A DNA stretch of 64,000 nt. Source: Bacteroidales bacterium. Lineage in GTDB: Bacteria > Bacteroidota > Bacteroidia > Bacteroidales > JAUNSR01. The stretch lies in NCBI GenBank assembly GCA_030539115.1, contig JAUNSR010000018.1:885-64884 (forward strand), given 5' to 3'. Positions 1 to 10,113 of the stretch are shown here, one piece after another (the stretch's first letter is position 1; each line of letters begins with the position of its first letter). A program made the position numbers and the translations under genes. The notes below the pieces were generated by a model. That model made no database searches and was not told where the DNA came from. It saw nothing but the letters and a program-made list of their open reading frames with translations.

Positions 1-3000
1 GAGTCCCGTTTGCAGCATCACTACGAGGAATATATGCAAACTTATCCAAAGTGTTAATGCTTCCAAGATCAATTTCAATATCGAAAGGAACAGCCTTTCC
101 GGACCAACTTGTATGCCATACATCTGTTTCATCAAAATTGAAAAGATTTGCAATTCCGCTGCCTCCCTGATTTTCACATGAAGTTTCACCCTGAACATTT
201 CTTATTGCAAACTCGAGAGGGTCAGACTTAGTTTCAGTTTCAAACGAAACCCAATCAGAAACACCGTCTTTATTTACAGTTCTTACCTTGAAATCATATT
301 TTGTTTCAGGAGTAAGGTCTTCAAAAAGCAAAGTATCATTCTTTATAGTGGAATAAACCATTCCTTTGAATTCAATTTCACTGTAATCTGAATTTTCAGA
401 GCTTTTCCATGAAGGAGTTAAAGTATAAGCTCCTCTTCTATTCTCTTCAACAGTTACATTTTGAGGAGCAGACATTGTTCCTGTATTTGTTTTTAATCTA
501 TCCGGAGTTTCAAATTTGAAGCCCTTAACCTCAAGCACCACATCGTTTTCACTGATATTTGTTTTTGCTATATTTACAAGAAGTTGTGGATTCTTTTTGA
601 TAGAAACTTTTTCAAACTCACTGCCTTTTGTAGCATACTTATTAAGTTCCGGAGTTTGAGAATAGAAATAAACGTTATCTCCATTTTCAAAATCTTCCAA
701 AGAGGAAACTTTTCTTAAAGAGACTTTTTTAGAGCCGATTTTAGCTGCAACCTTTTTAGGCATTTGAGATACATTGACAATAAATTTTGTTTTTTTCTCA
801 GGCTCAAAGCCATTAAAATTACCACTACAAGCATTTATCCTAACAATTAAATTACCCTTACCATTCTCTTTGCTTTCAACAAGGGTGTTAACACCCGCAC
901 CAAGCTTGTAGGCTTCAGTTTCACCATCATCATCATATTCATTAAAGCTCTGCTCTCCATAAGGATAAAGCTCATAAGCACGAAGATTTTTATCAATCTG
1001 AGCTACATTATTATTTTCATTTGCCAGCGGAATAATCGCTCCTCTTTTAACAAACAAAGGCAATTTCCAAATAGGAGAATCAAAATCATTAATGATTCTG
1101 CCACCCTCATATATATCTCCTGTAAAATAATCGACCCATTCTCCATCAGGAAGGTAAATGTTATGTCTTACATCATTGCCTTTGTCGTCAGAGCTTGTTG
1201 ACTGATAAATAGGAGCAACAAGGAAATATGGTCCATAAAGAAACTCATATTGAGTTGCCTTACCCAAAGTATAATCATTAGGATATTCAAGAAAAATCGC
1301 CCTTACCATAGGCAGACCATTAACAGCCTCTTTTGCCAATGAATAGGTATATGGTATTAATTCTCCCTTCATTTTCAAATACCATCTGTTGATTGATGTG
1401 GCCGGTTCTCCAAGAGCGTGAGGATATTTCTCATTAGATCCCCATCCATCCATATTCAGCTCCATTGGAGTAAACGTTTTCCATTGAAAGTCTCTTGTAT
1501 TTACAGCAAGATTTTTTCCTCCAAAAATTCCGTCCATATCAGAACTTATATTGGGCTGTCCCGAAAGACCTGAACCGATATAAGTTGGAATATGAAACCT
1601 GATATATTCCCATTGACCACCGGTTTGATCGCCAGACCAAATCCCGGCATAACGTTGACTGCCGGCCCAACCATCCAATGAAATGATAAATGGTCTGCTG
1701 TCATTACCGTAATAAGGCATAATTGATGCTGCGTCAGAGATACCGTTTAATCCAAAAGAATATCCGGCACCCACCCATGCCACATCAGTCTTTAAAACTC
1801 TAACACCGGCATCTTTTACCTCTTTGACAATATCACGTTGAAGAAGTGCGCTAATTTCAGGTTTTGGATGAAGGTCAGACTGAGTCCAAAGACCGATTTC
1901 CACGCCTTTTTCCCTTGCGTAATCACCAAGAGCTTTTAAATTGGCTATATTTCCATCAAGAGTTTCAGTTTGCCCGTATCCTGCTCCATATCCATCATTT
2001 GGAAGAAGCCATCCAAGAGGCATATCATGAGAATTATATCTGTCAATTACAGCTCTTGCCGAGAACTGATAATTATTGTTTTCGCCATTTAATGATTCTT
2101 TTACACCATCCTTGTCGGTTTGGCTCTCTTTATATTTCTTACCATCTTCAAATAGTATTCCATTTTCACTTTCCTTCCAATAATCACGGTTATAGGCATT
2201 AAGATGACCCTGATAAAAACCAAACTTAGGCAGCAAAACAGGATTACCTGTCAATTGATAAAAATCATTAAGCAAATCAACCGGTTTCTCATCCACCATC
2301 ACGAAAATGTCAAGGTAATTGCTCTCATGGTTGATATTTACTTCATTTTTATTTTGAGAATCAAAATCATATATACCCTTTGCAAATGTATGCCACATCA
2401 AACCGTAACCATTTGTTGACCAATAAAAAGGATTTGGTGAGGCAACTCCGTTATCAGTCCAGCTGTTTTGGTTTTCTATGGCAATTCTTTTACCTTTATG
2501 AGAAAATCTTCCATTCTGCACCCCTCCTCCATAAAAATATTCAGAGTCATTTTCTTGAAATGCAAACGAAGTATTTTTATTTTCAAATGAAAACGGCTTT
2601 TTTTGACTTACTGCCACTTTATTGTTTTCAAGGTTAACAACATTTATTAAAGATGTTTCCTTGTTTATTTTAATTTCTACTTTATTGCTTTTTATGGAAA
2701 CTTCTGCTCCATTATCAACTATAACAACATCTGCAACTGATTTTCGAGCATTATCTACAAGTATTTTTGCAGGAGGAAAAGCCTGAGGATCCCTTACGAC
2801 TCCACCGTTATTGTCCTGAAAAATTCTGAATATATTCTCACCGTAAAAATCGATTATCATATTATTGTTATCTTCAAATATGACCTCTACACTTGTGGGA
2901 TTAATTTTACTTACAGACTTGATTTTTTGGTTCTGATAAACCTCATCTGAAGCATTTTGTTGAACAAGAGCACAAAAAGCCTTATCAACAGTCAAGAAAG

Positions 3001-3058
3001 AAGAAGCAGTCAACACTATAGGCAGTATTATTCTTCTTGGCGTTAAATTTAAAATCAT
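1..3058 (-). CDS. Glycoside hydrolase family 31 alpha-glycosidase with C-terminal FN3-like and F5/8-type-C (CBM32-like) modules; partial, 3' end beyond window edge
   Basis: Open minus-strand frame from ATG (complement of 3056-3058) to position 1, with frame checked at 1930 and at 28. It is absent from the ORF track because no stop lies in the window. My translation starts MILNLTPRRIILPIVLTASS (signal-like). It contains GH31-type motifs VRVLKTDVAWVG and WSGDQTGGQWEYIRFHIP...SSDMDGIFGG. It then runs into an FN3-like stretch (TPETKYDFKVRTVNKDGVSDW) and a discoidin-like stretch (WHTSWSG..FDIEIDLG..PRSDAANG). Confidence 0.85.
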   Translation of the reverse strand, partial: MILNLTPRRIILPIVLTASSFLTVDKAFCALVQQNASDEVYQNQKIKSVSKINPTSVEVIFEDNNNMIIDFYGENIFRIFQDNNGGVVRDPQAFPPAKILVDNARKSVADVVIVDNGAEVSIKSNKVEIKINKETSLINVVNLENNKVAVSQKKPFSFENKNTSFAFQENDSEYFYGGGVQNGRFSHKGKRIAIENQNSWTDNGVASPNPFYWSTNGYGLMWHTFAKGIYDFDSQNKNEVNINHESNYLDIFVMVDEKPVDLLNDFYQLTGNPVLLPKFGFYQGHLNAYNRDYWKESENGILFEDGKKYKESQTDKDGVKESLNGENNNYQFSARAVIDRYNSHDMPLGWLLPNDGYGAGYGQTETLDGNIANLKALGDYAREKGVEIGLWTQSDLHPKPEISALLQRDIVKEVKDAGVRVLKTDVAWVGAGYSFGLNGISDAASIMPYYGNDSRPFIISLDGWAGSQRYAGIWSGDQTGGQWEYIRFHIPTYIGSGLSGQPNISSDMDGIFGGKNLAVNTRDFQWKTFTPMELNMDGWGSNEKYPHALGEPATSINRWYLKMKGELIPYTYSLAKEAVNGLPMVRAIFLEYPNDYTLGKATQYEFLYGPYFLVAPIYQSTSSDDKGNDVRHNIYLPDGEWVDYFTGDIYEGGRIINDFDSPIWKLPLFVKRGAIIPLANENNNVAQIDKNLRAYELYPYGEQSFNEYDDDGETEAYKLGAGVNTLVESKENGKGNLIVRINACSGNFNGFEPEKKTKFIVNVSQMPKKVAAKIGSKKVSLRKVSSLEDFENGDNVYFYSQTPELNKYATKGSEFEKVSIKKNPQLLVNIAKTNISENDVVLEVKGFKFETPDRLKTNTGTMSAPQNVTVEENRRGAYTLTPSWKSSENSDYSEIEFKGMVYSTIKNDTLLFEDLTPETKYDFKVRTVNKDGVSDWVSFETETKSDPLEFAIRNVQGETSCENQGGSGIANLFNFDETDVWHTSWSGKAVPFDIEIDLGSINTLDKFAYIPRSDAANGT

Positions 3059-3680
3059 TATTATTCTTGTTTTAAAGATTTACTCAACAAACGATAGCGC
3101 AATTAAAAAAATATTAATTAAAACTTAATTAAGGTCCTAACAATTTTGACAAAAATAAATATATTTCTTAATATTTTTTATTCAACACTTTAAAATACCA
3201 AATTTTTAGTGTAAAATAATCAAAACACCATTAACAGTTTAATGAATTATTTTTACACGAAAACCGTAATAAAGCTAAAACAATAAATCTAAAAGCCTAA
3301 GAATATGTTTAACCCGACAACAGGCAAGCTCTGATAAATAGAGAAAAAGCTTTATGGAAACAACATATAAACAAAAATGAGAATGAAAAAAAATCAAGGT
3401 AACCGGACAATAGCCAATGCAAGCGAAGCTTACATCAGAAAAATTAAATATTGAATTAAAAAAGAACAAAAAATTGCCAGAAAAAGAGAAAAAAGACAAT
3501 ACAACAACCGACGATAAAAAATCCATCAAATAGTATATCTATTAAGAAATTATCTTGAATCATATCTCGTAGTTTGTTGTATGATTTCATGATATAAAGA
3601 TATATATCTACTAAAAAGATTAAAATAAATTGAAATATCCGCCAACCACGACGACCGCCAATTTTTCACGAAGATGGATA

Positions 3681-3710
3681 AAAACAAAAAAAGCAACCCT
3701 CTCGGATTGC
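3681..3710 (-). terminator. Intrinsic terminator downstream of tRNA-Asp
   Basis: Minus-sense gcaatcc-gaga-gggttgc hairpin (7 bp including one G.U, GAGA loop; plus coordinates 3693-3710) followed by tttttttgtttt. Confidence 0.7.
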
Positions 3711-3717
3711 TTTTTTG

Positions 3718-3791
3718 CGGTATGGACGGGACTCGAACCCGCGACCCCCTGCGTGACAGGCAGGTATTCTAACCAGCTGAACTACCACACC
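3718..3791 (-). tRNA. tRNA-Asp (anticodon GTC), 74 nt, CCA not encoded
   Basis: Minus-sense GGTGTGGTAGTTCAGCTGGTTAGAATACCTGCCTGTCACGCAGGGGGTCGCGGGTTCGAGTCCCGTCCATACCG folds as a cloverleaf. It has a 7-bp acceptor stem, a D arm GTTC/GAAT, an anticodon stem CCTGC/GCAGG with loop CTGTCAC, and a T arm GCGGG-TTCGAGT-CCCGT. Confidence 0.97.
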
Positions 3792-3989
3792 ATTGGGACA
3801 ATCGTTTTTTCGATTGCGATGCAAAGGTATTACAATATTTCAATAATGCAAATACATGAAGATAAAATTAGTTATTTTTTTACATTTATTTTATTTAGTC
3901 TTTCAAAAGGCATAATAATGATATTTATTTCTAAAGATTTTGCTGCACTTTTATATTTTTACATCCGATTAATCAAAAAATTTAACAAA

Positions 3990-5303
3990 ATGACAAACAA
4001 TACTCCTATCTCCCACCAAGCAGTGGAAGAAACTATAGAAGAATTAAATATTCCTGATTTTGGAAAAGCAACCATAAGAGAAGTTGTTGCAATCTCAAAT
4101 ATTCTTGAAAAGAAAACCGGTAAAGAATTCATACACATGGAGATGGGCGTTCCCGGCTTGAAGCCTTCTCAAATTGGCGTTAACACTGAAATAAAAGCTC
4201 TTGAGAATGGAGTAGCATCAATATATCCGATTATCGATGGTCTTCCTGAATTAAAGAAACAAGCCTCTCGCTTTGTAAAAGCCTTTATTGATGTTGACAT
4301 CAATCCTGAAGGATGTGTACCTGGAGTTGGGTCTATGCAGGGAACTTTTGCATCATTTCTAACATGTTGTCAATGCGATGAAAGAAAAGACACCATACTA
4401 TTTATAGATCCCGGATTCCCAGTTCAAAAGCAACAGCTTGTTGTTATGGGCTACAAAAGTGAAAGTTTTGATGTATATGATTTCAGGGGAGACAAATTAA
4501 AGGATAAAATTGAGAGTTATCTTATTAAAGGCAATATAGCTGCAATTATTTATTCCAATCCAAACAATCCATCTTGGATATGTTTAAATCAACAGGAATT
4601 AAAAACCATAGGTGATTTATCAAATAAATACGACACAATCATTCTTGAAGACCTTGCATATTTTGCGATGGATTTCAGAAAAAATCTTTCAAACCCTTTC
4701 AACCCACCTTATCAGGCAACAGTTGCAAAATACACCGACAACTACATTCTTCAAATATCCGGCTCCAAAGCCTTCAGCTATGCAGGTCAAAGGATTGCCG
4801 TTTCTTGTATTTCAAACAAACTCTATCATAGAAAGTTTGAAGGGCTTACAAAACGATATGGTGGAGGAACTTTCGGAACAGTTTTCATTCACCGTGTTCT
4901 TTATGCTCTATCTTCAGGGACAAGTCATTCAGCTCAATATGCTCTCGCTGCAATGATGAAAGCTGCCTGTGATAAAGAATATGATTTTATAAATGATGTC
5001 AAGGAATATGGCAGGCGCGCTAAAAAGCTCAAAGACATTTTTCTTAAATATGGATTTCATATAGTATATGACAAAGATCTTGATGAGAATGTTGCAGACG
5101 GTTTTTATTTCACAATAGGCTATAAAGGAATGAGCGGCGGAGAACTTATGAAAGAATTGATTTATTATGGGGTCAGTGCAATATCCTTAGATACAACCGG
5201 CAGTCGTCAACAAGGAATTAGAGCCTGCGTTTCTTTTATAAAAGACAATCAATATGATTTACTTGATGAAAGATTAAGTTTATTTGACAAAAATCACAAA
5301 TAA
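3990..5303 (+). CDS. Pyridoxal-phosphate-dependent aminotransferase (class I/II fold)
   Basis: Track ORF 3630-5303 trimmed to the in-frame ATG at 3990 (MTNNTPISHQ...). The upstream part is a TTG-initiated extension that reads antisense through the tRNA. Aminotransferase-like motifs: IYSNPNNPSW and ISGSKAFSYAGQR (PLP lysine). Confidence 0.85.
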   Translation: MTNNTPISHQAVEETIEELNIPDFGKATIREVVAISNILEKKTGKEFIHMEMGVPGLKPSQIGVNTEIKALENGVASIYPIIDGLPELKKQASRFVKAFIDVDINPEGCVPGVGSMQGTFASFLTCCQCDERKDTILFIDPGFPVQKQQLVVMGYKSESFDVYDFRGDKLKDKIESYLIKGNIAAIIYSNPNNPSWICLNQQELKTIGDLSNKYDTIILEDLAYFAMDFRKNLSNPFNPPYQATVAKYTDNYILQISGSKAFSYAGQRIAVSCISNKLYHRKFEGLTKRYGGGTFGTVFIHRVLYALSSGTSHSAQYALAAMMKAACDKEYDFINDVKEYGRRAKKLKDIFLKYGFHIVYDKDLDENVADGFYFTIGYKGMSGGELMKELIYYGVSAISLDTTGSRQQGIRACVSFIKDNQYDLLDERLSLFDKNHK

Positions 5304-5352
5304 CATATTTGACTACCACAGCACATAGTATTATCTTAGAAATATATTAAAA

Positions 5353-5382
5353 AGACTGAACTTACAACTCAGTCTTTTTTTT
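5353..5382 (+). terminator. Intrinsic terminator after the aminotransferase gene
   Basis: agactga-N9-tcagtct hairpin (5353-5375) followed by T7 (5376-5382). Confidence 0.7.
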
Positions 5383-5511
5383 GCTTTTATTTAATTTGGT
5401 AAAGCTATAATAGTTAAATATGTATGTATTTCCTAAATTTTTCCCCGATAATTTGATTTATAAATAATATTCATTATCTTAGATAAGATTCAACAAAACT
5501 TTTTAACAATT

Positions 5512-6105
5512 ATGATAATAGAGCCGGGACTATTTAAAATTTGCCACACAGGAATAGAACCTAATCCGGGGTGTTTGCTGATTTCAGCACCATTTCTTGA
5601 TCAATTATACTTTAAACGCTCCGTAATTCTTCTTATAGATGACATGGACAATTCTGTTATGGGACTTATTCAAAACAAACCTTCGCGTTTATTTTTAAAC
5701 AATATCATTTCCGGACTTGAAGATATTGACAGGATTCCGATTTTCTACGGTGGACCTCTTCAGGAAGACCGACTTTTTTATATACATAATTTAGGCGATT
5801 TGATACCTAATTCAATCAAAATATCCGACAACCTTTATATAGATGGTGATTTCAACACAGTGATGTCATATTTAAAATCGAATCAAAACATTGATGGGAA
5901 CATAAAGTTTTTCCTTGGCTATTCTGGCTGGAGCAGAAATCAACTTTTAAATGAAATTGAAGACGATACATGGCTTGTTTCGGAAAACAACAGCAATTAC
6001 ATCTTAAATCAAAAAGGTGACGAAATGTGGAATGAAGCTCTCTCAAAGCTTGACTCTAAATTCCGTCAGTGGCTAAAATACCCTAAAGAAACATATCTAA
6101 ATTAA
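5512..6105 (+). CDS. YqgE/AlgH family protein (UPF0301)
   Basis: 197 aa with family-typical LLISAPFL..F.RSVILL, GLI.NKP, FYGGP and FLGYSGWS..QL..E segments. Confidence 0.8.
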   Translation: MIIEPGLFKICHTGIEPNPGCLLISAPFLDQLYFKRSVILLIDDMDNSVMGLIQNKPSRLFLNNIISGLEDIDRIPIFYGGPLQEDRLFYIHNLGDLIPNSIKISDNLYIDGDFNTVMSYLKSNQNIDGNIKFFLGYSGWSRNQLLNEIEDDTWLVSENNSNYILNQKGDEMWNEALSKLDSKFRQWLKYPKETYLN

Positions 6106-6124
6106 TATAAGTTCCGATATGCTC

Positions 6125-6649
6125 TTATTTTGATTTTCTTATTTTCTGAACAAATGCCACATCCTCATATTTGTCATCACGTCTGAGCCAATCGGTAAGT
6201 ATACCTTTTTTCAAGAAACCGACAGACTCAAAAAGCTTCATGCTCGCCGAATTGGATACCGGAATATAAGCATACAAATTATGAATGCCTAAAAAATTAA
6301 AAGCATATTTACATAGAATCTCCAATGCGCCTTTACCAAAACCATGTTTTTGATACATACCATCAATCAATATACCCACAGCCGCTCTTCTATGAAAAGG
6401 ATCAAAATCAAAAAGGTCAATCATTCCTACAACATCATTATCATTATTTGAGACAATCATCAATCTTAACTGGCGGGTCTGATAAATATCCTCACCTGCA
6501 TTGGCAATATATTCCTTTAGTATATATTTTGAAAAAGGAGCAATTGTTGATCCATAGCTCCACAATTCGGTATCATTTTCCCATCTATAAAAAAGATCCA
6601 AATCCTCAGGTTCTGGAGCTCTCAGGTTAATAGTTTTACTTGTCAGCAT
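6125..6649 (-). CDS. GNAT family N-acetyltransferase (RimJ/RimL-like)
   Basis: 174 aa. The acetyl-CoA binding region QKHGFGKGAL and the overall layout match the GNAT fold. Confidence 0.8.
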   Translation of the reverse strand: MLTSKTINLRAPEPEDLDLFYRWENDTELWSYGSTIAPFSKYILKEYIANAGEDIYQTRQLRLMIVSNNDNDVVGMIDLFDFDPFHRRAAVGILIDGMYQKHGFGKGALEILCKYAFNFLGIHNLYAYIPVSNSASMKLFESVGFLKKGILTDWLRRDDKYEDVAFVQKIRKSK

Positions 6650-6655
6650 AAAAAT

Positions 6656-7828
6656 TCAATTATTAATTATTGCACATTTGTTTGATGATACAATCAATCC
6701 ACTCTCTCTATGATAAATACTGAATGATATATTTCCTGATGAAGATTCTATATGCTCTGTTATTTCTGAATAAGAGTCGGCTTTACAAACTGCATTTGTA
6801 AATGAGCCATTCAATAATTTGCATTTCAAATCATACTCATTGGAATATGCAGCAAATTCAACCTTTGCATTCTTGTACGACAACAAAAAGTAATCGATGA
6901 TATTTTTGTCATTTTCATATTCTGAAGGAATAAGGATTTTCAGTGTGTTTTTGTTTTTAAAAAACAAATATTTCTTTACAGCTTTTTTAAAACAAACTTT
7001 TAGCAAAGACAATTGTCTTAATAAATTTATTGACCATCCAATGAAAATACCGGCACATACCTTATCATTATATTTATTCACAAACACCTGCATAGCATCA
7101 TAAAATGAATTTATGTATCTCTTACTATTTTGGCGGCTGCTTTCACCCTTGTAATGAATCAAGGTATATGGCAAATAATAATTTTTATATCCACTGTTGT
7201 TTAGACGAAATGACAAGTCTATATCTTCGCCATACATAAAAAAACGCTCATCAAAGGTCCCTGATTTTTCCAAAGTCTTTCTTCTTATCATCATAAAGGC
7301 ACCGGGAAGTATTTCCACCTGGTTTACGGCATCCTTATCAAGATTACCCAAAGAGTAGCCTGAAAAAAGTTTCGAGTTCGGCAAAAAAGATGAAATACCG
7401 GTGAGTTTAAAAAAGGAATACTTAACAGATGGAAAAGAGCGTTTTGATTCAGGCAGATAATTTCCAAGACTATCAACAAGTCTGACTCCACAGCATCCGC
7501 ATATTGGATTTTCATCCATAAACTCCAATACTTTATTTATCAAACCCTCTGAAACAAAAGTATCAGGATTAATAAGCAAGACATAGTCAGAGTTTGTTTT
7601 GGATATAGCTATATTATTAGCCTTCCCAAAACCGACATTTTCACTTAATGGAAGATATAAAACCCCGGGAAAGTTTTTTTTTAAATAATCAACCGAATCA
7701 TCTTCCGAATTATTATCAACTACAATTACCTCACTATCCACACCTTTCAAGGCTTTAAAAAGCGAGTCAAGAAGTTGAAAGGTAAAATATTTAACCTTGT
7801 AATTAACTATAACAACTGAAAGTTTCAT
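6656..7828 (-). CDS. Glycosyltransferase family 2
   Basis: N-terminus MKLSVVIVNYK...VVDNNSEDDS...LINPD is the GT2 (GT-A, DxD) signature. The gene lies 6 nt upstream of the GNAT gene. Confidence 0.85.
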   Translation of the reverse strand: MKLSVVIVNYKVKYFTFQLLDSLFKALKGVDSEVIVVDNNSEDDSVDYLKKNFPGVLYLPLSENVGFGKANNIAISKTNSDYVLLINPDTFVSEGLINKVLEFMDENPICGCCGVRLVDSLGNYLPESKRSFPSVKYSFFKLTGISSFLPNSKLFSGYSLGNLDKDAVNQVEILPGAFMMIRRKTLEKSGTFDERFFMYGEDIDLSFRLNNSGYKNYYLPYTLIHYKGESSRQNSKRYINSFYDAMQVFVNKYNDKVCAGIFIGWSINLLRQLSLLKVCFKKAVKKYLFFKNKNTLKILIPSEYENDKNIIDYFLLSYKNAKVEFAAYSNEYDLKCKLLNGSFTNAVCKADSYSEITEHIESSSGNISFSIYHRESGLIVSSNKCAIINN

Positions 7829-7836
7829 TCAAAAAA

Positions 7837-8310
7837 TTATTCTTCATTCTCATTCAGCGACAACTCAAAATCAATTTTTCTTAATGAAGGGATCATATTA
7901 AGAGTGACAATCACTATCATTCCCGCACACATAAGAAAAGTTATATCATGCAAAACATAATATAATACTATATTTATAATAATGCATCCCCAAATAACAA
8001 ATTGGCGAATAAAATTTATTCGTTTATAAAAGGCCAATGTTTCCTCTTTGCCTGAAATTGTTTTTAACTTTTCCAATCCCTTTGAATAGAAAGTAAAAGA
8101 ATATCTGATGCAGAACAAGGAAACCAGTATCACTACGCTCAATATCGATATAGTTATGTTTTTATCTGTTTCAGGAAAGGTGAATATATTAATTTGGAAA
8201 ATGCCTATTGAAAAAATGGACAATAGAAGACCTGAAAGCATTTGCATTCTCAGAGATGAAAGGAGAGTTTTCTTTTCTTGAGAAGTTATTGTGTTTAAGT
8301 TATTTTCCAT
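7837..8310 (-). CDS. Hypothetical integral membrane protein
   Basis: 157 aa with about four hydrophobic segments. It is tightly packed between recR and the GT2 gene on the same strand. I recognise no family. Confidence 0.55.
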   Translation of the reverse strand: MENNLNTITSQEKKTLLSSLRMQMLSGLLLSIFSIGIFQINIFTFPETDKNITISILSVVILVSLFCIRYSFTFYSKGLEKLKTISGKEETLAFYKRINFIRQFVIWGCIIINIVLYYVLHDITFLMCAGMIVIVTLNMIPSLRKIDFELSLNENEE

Positions 8311-8418
8311 AATAAAAAATAGTGCTGCTATAATTTTTAAAACTGTTTAGCTTTTGTAAATATATAATTTTTATCTTGGTTGACAACTGTCGATATTATA
8401 TGTTTTTTCTTTATGCCG

Positions 8419-9042
8419 CTACACTCTGAATGCATCTGTAAACAATGTTCTGTTTAATATGCTTCTTCCAAGAGTAATTTCATCGGTATATTCTATCTCG
8501 TCACCCACTGAAACACCTCTTGCTATAGTTGTGATTTTAACTTGATAGGGAGCAAGTTTTCGAAAGATATAGAAATTTGTTGTATCACCCTCCATTGTTG
8601 TGCTCAGAGCCAAAACGACCTCTTTCACAGAGCCATCTTTAACCCTTTCAACGAGCGAATCAATCTGTAAATCAGACGGCCCGACTCCATCCATTGGAGA
8701 TATAATGCCTCCTAAAACATGATATAGCCCATTAAATTGACGTGTATTCTCTACAACCATCACATCTTTAACATTTTCAACTACACAAACCACGCTTCCA
8801 TCCCTTTCAGCATCTGAACATATTGAACAAACCGGAGTATCAGAGATGTTATGACAAACTTTGCAGTACTGAATCTCGTTGCAAAGCTTAATAATTGAAT
8901 TTCCAAAAGCTTCTGCCTGAGATTTTGGTTGTCTTAAAATATGAAGAACTAATCTAAGAGCTGTTTTTCTTCCTATACCTGGGAGCTTGGAGAATTCATT
9001 CACTGCGTCCTCCAAAAGCACTGATGGATATTTTTGATTCAT
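8419..9042 (-). CDS. recR: Recombination protein RecR
   Basis: HhH motif [12 protein letters not shown], zinc finger C-x2-C...C-x2-C (CKVCHN...CSICSD) and a Toprim region. Start moved to the ATG at 9042; the track starts at a TTG at 9048. Confidence 0.93.
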   Translation of the reverse strand: MNQKYPSVLLEDAVNEFSKLPGIGRKTALRLVLHILRQPKSQAEAFGNSIIKLCNEIQYCKVCHNISDTPVCSICSDAERDGSVVCVVENVKDVMVVENTRQFNGLYHVLGGIISPMDGVGPSDLQIDSLVERVKDGSVKEVVLALSTTMEGDTTNFYIFRKLAPYQVKITTIARGVSVGDEIEYTDEITLGRSILNRTLFTDAFRV

Positions 9043-9246
9043 AAACAATTAACATTGTTGGCTTTAACCATTCACTTTATAAAATATTGTTTATAGTATA
9101 TAACAATTCAGAAGATTCTTATTCACCTCAAAATTGTATTTTTTATACTTATTGTGACAAATGTAATAAAACAAATTTACCGATAAAGAGCCATAAGGAA
9201 TGATTTTCTTCAGTATTAAGCCTCATAAAAGAAAGGAAAGTTTGTT

Positions 9247-9428
9247 ATCTTTGCATAAGATATGCTGCGCCTCATCAATCACAATTTGAAAGTTAACACT
9301 TTCAATTGTTTATTGAATTCGGCTTGCTATATCTTTGCATAAGATATGCTGCGCCTCATCAATCACATTTGGAAAGTTTACACTTTCAATTGTTTATTGA
9401 GTTCGGCTTGCTATATCTTTGCATAAGA
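9247..9428 (+). repeat. Tandem 84-bp cassette: units 9247-9330 and 9331-9414 (80/84 identical) plus a truncated third head 9415-9428
   Basis: Direct reading. Each unit starts atctttgcataagatatgctgcgcctcatcaatcaca, then a hairpin, then tttattga(a/g)ttcggcttgctat. The same family recurs inverted at 30121-30296. Confidence 0.9.
9414..9421 (+). promoter_or_regulatory. Candidate -7 promoter box (TATCTTTG) for engB
   Basis: Matches the Bacteroides TAnnTTTG consensus and ends 32 nt before the engB ATG. Identical boxes sit at 9246 and 9330, one per repeat unit. The motif is common by chance in AT-rich DNA. Confidence 0.4.
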
Positions 9429-9453
9429 AATTACAACCCCTAATAAAATTAAT

Positions 9454-10059
9454 ATGGAAATAAAAGATGCCAAATTTGTCATTAGCAATACTGATGTAAA
9501 CAAATGTCCTGAGGGAAATATTCCGGAATATGCTTTTATTGGGCGTTCTAATGTTGGAAAATCATCTCTAATAAATATGCTTACCTCGAAGAAAGGTCTT
9601 GCCATGACCTCTTCAATGCCCGGAAAGACTCAGCTTATTAATCATTTTATCATTAATGATGATTGGTATATGGTCGATCTTCCCGGATACGGCTATGCAC
9701 AAAGAGGAAAGGCAGGAAGAGAGAATATCAGAATAATTATCGAAAACTATATTCTTAACCGTGAGCAGATGACCTGTCTTTTTGTCCTTATCGACTCAAG
9801 ACACGAGCCTCAGAAAATCGACCTTGAATTTATGGAATGGCTGGGAGAACATGGGATCCCTTTTTGCATAATATTTACAAAACTCGACAAGCTTTCCAAA
9901 AGTGCCTGGAATATCAATAAAGAAAAATATAAAAACGTCCTTTTAGAACAATGGGAAGAATTACCTACTATTTTTGAAACTTCTTCTGAAAAACAAATTG
10001 GGAAGAAAGAAATTCTCGATTGGATTGAAAATATTAATAAAGAAATAAGAGAGAATTAG
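9454..10059 (+). CDS. engB: Ribosome-biogenesis GTPase EngB (YihA/YsxC)
   Basis: G1 [13 protein letters not shown]3 DLPGYG and G4 TKLDK motifs in a 201-aa protein. Confidence 0.93.
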   Translation: MEIKDAKFVISNTDVNKCPEGNIPEYAFIGRSNVGKSSLINMLTSKKGLAMTSSMPGKTQLINHFIINDDWYMVDLPGYGYAQRGKAGRENIRIIIENYILNREQMTCLFVLIDSRHEPQKIDLEFMEWLGEHGIPFCIIFTKLDKLSKSAWNINKEKYKNVLLEQWEELPTIFETSSEKQIGKKEILDWIENINKEIREN

Positions 10060-10113
10060 TATTCTCTCTTTTCTATTACCTATTAAGTTTTATAATGTTA
10101 ATTTTAAAAATAT

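Noticed and set aside
1864-2637. Three plus-strand ORFs (112, 71 and 85 aa)
   Set aside because: They lie entirely inside the minus-strand GH31 coding frame and have shadow-ORF composition rich in H, F, L and I.
3275-3529. 84-aa minus-strand ORF between the GH31 gene and the tRNA
   Set aside because: It has low-complexity F/S/L composition in an A-rich spacer and is likely non-coding.
3059-3791. tRNA-Asp as an integration site for a mobile element
   Set aside because: There is no integrase and no direct repeat of the tRNA 3' end anywhere in the window. The flanking 650-bp spacer is just the AT-rich divergent upstream region.
3630-3989. N-terminal 120 codons of track ORF 3630-5303
   Set aside because: It is a TTG-initiated extension that reads antisense straight through tRNA-Asp (3718-3791) and its terminator, and the composition is junk-like. 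The aminotransferase homology begins at the ATG at 3990.
9247-9428. The tandem repeats as a CRISPR array
   Set aside because: The units abut one another with no unique spacers, the 84-bp period equals the unit length, and there are no cas genes in the window.
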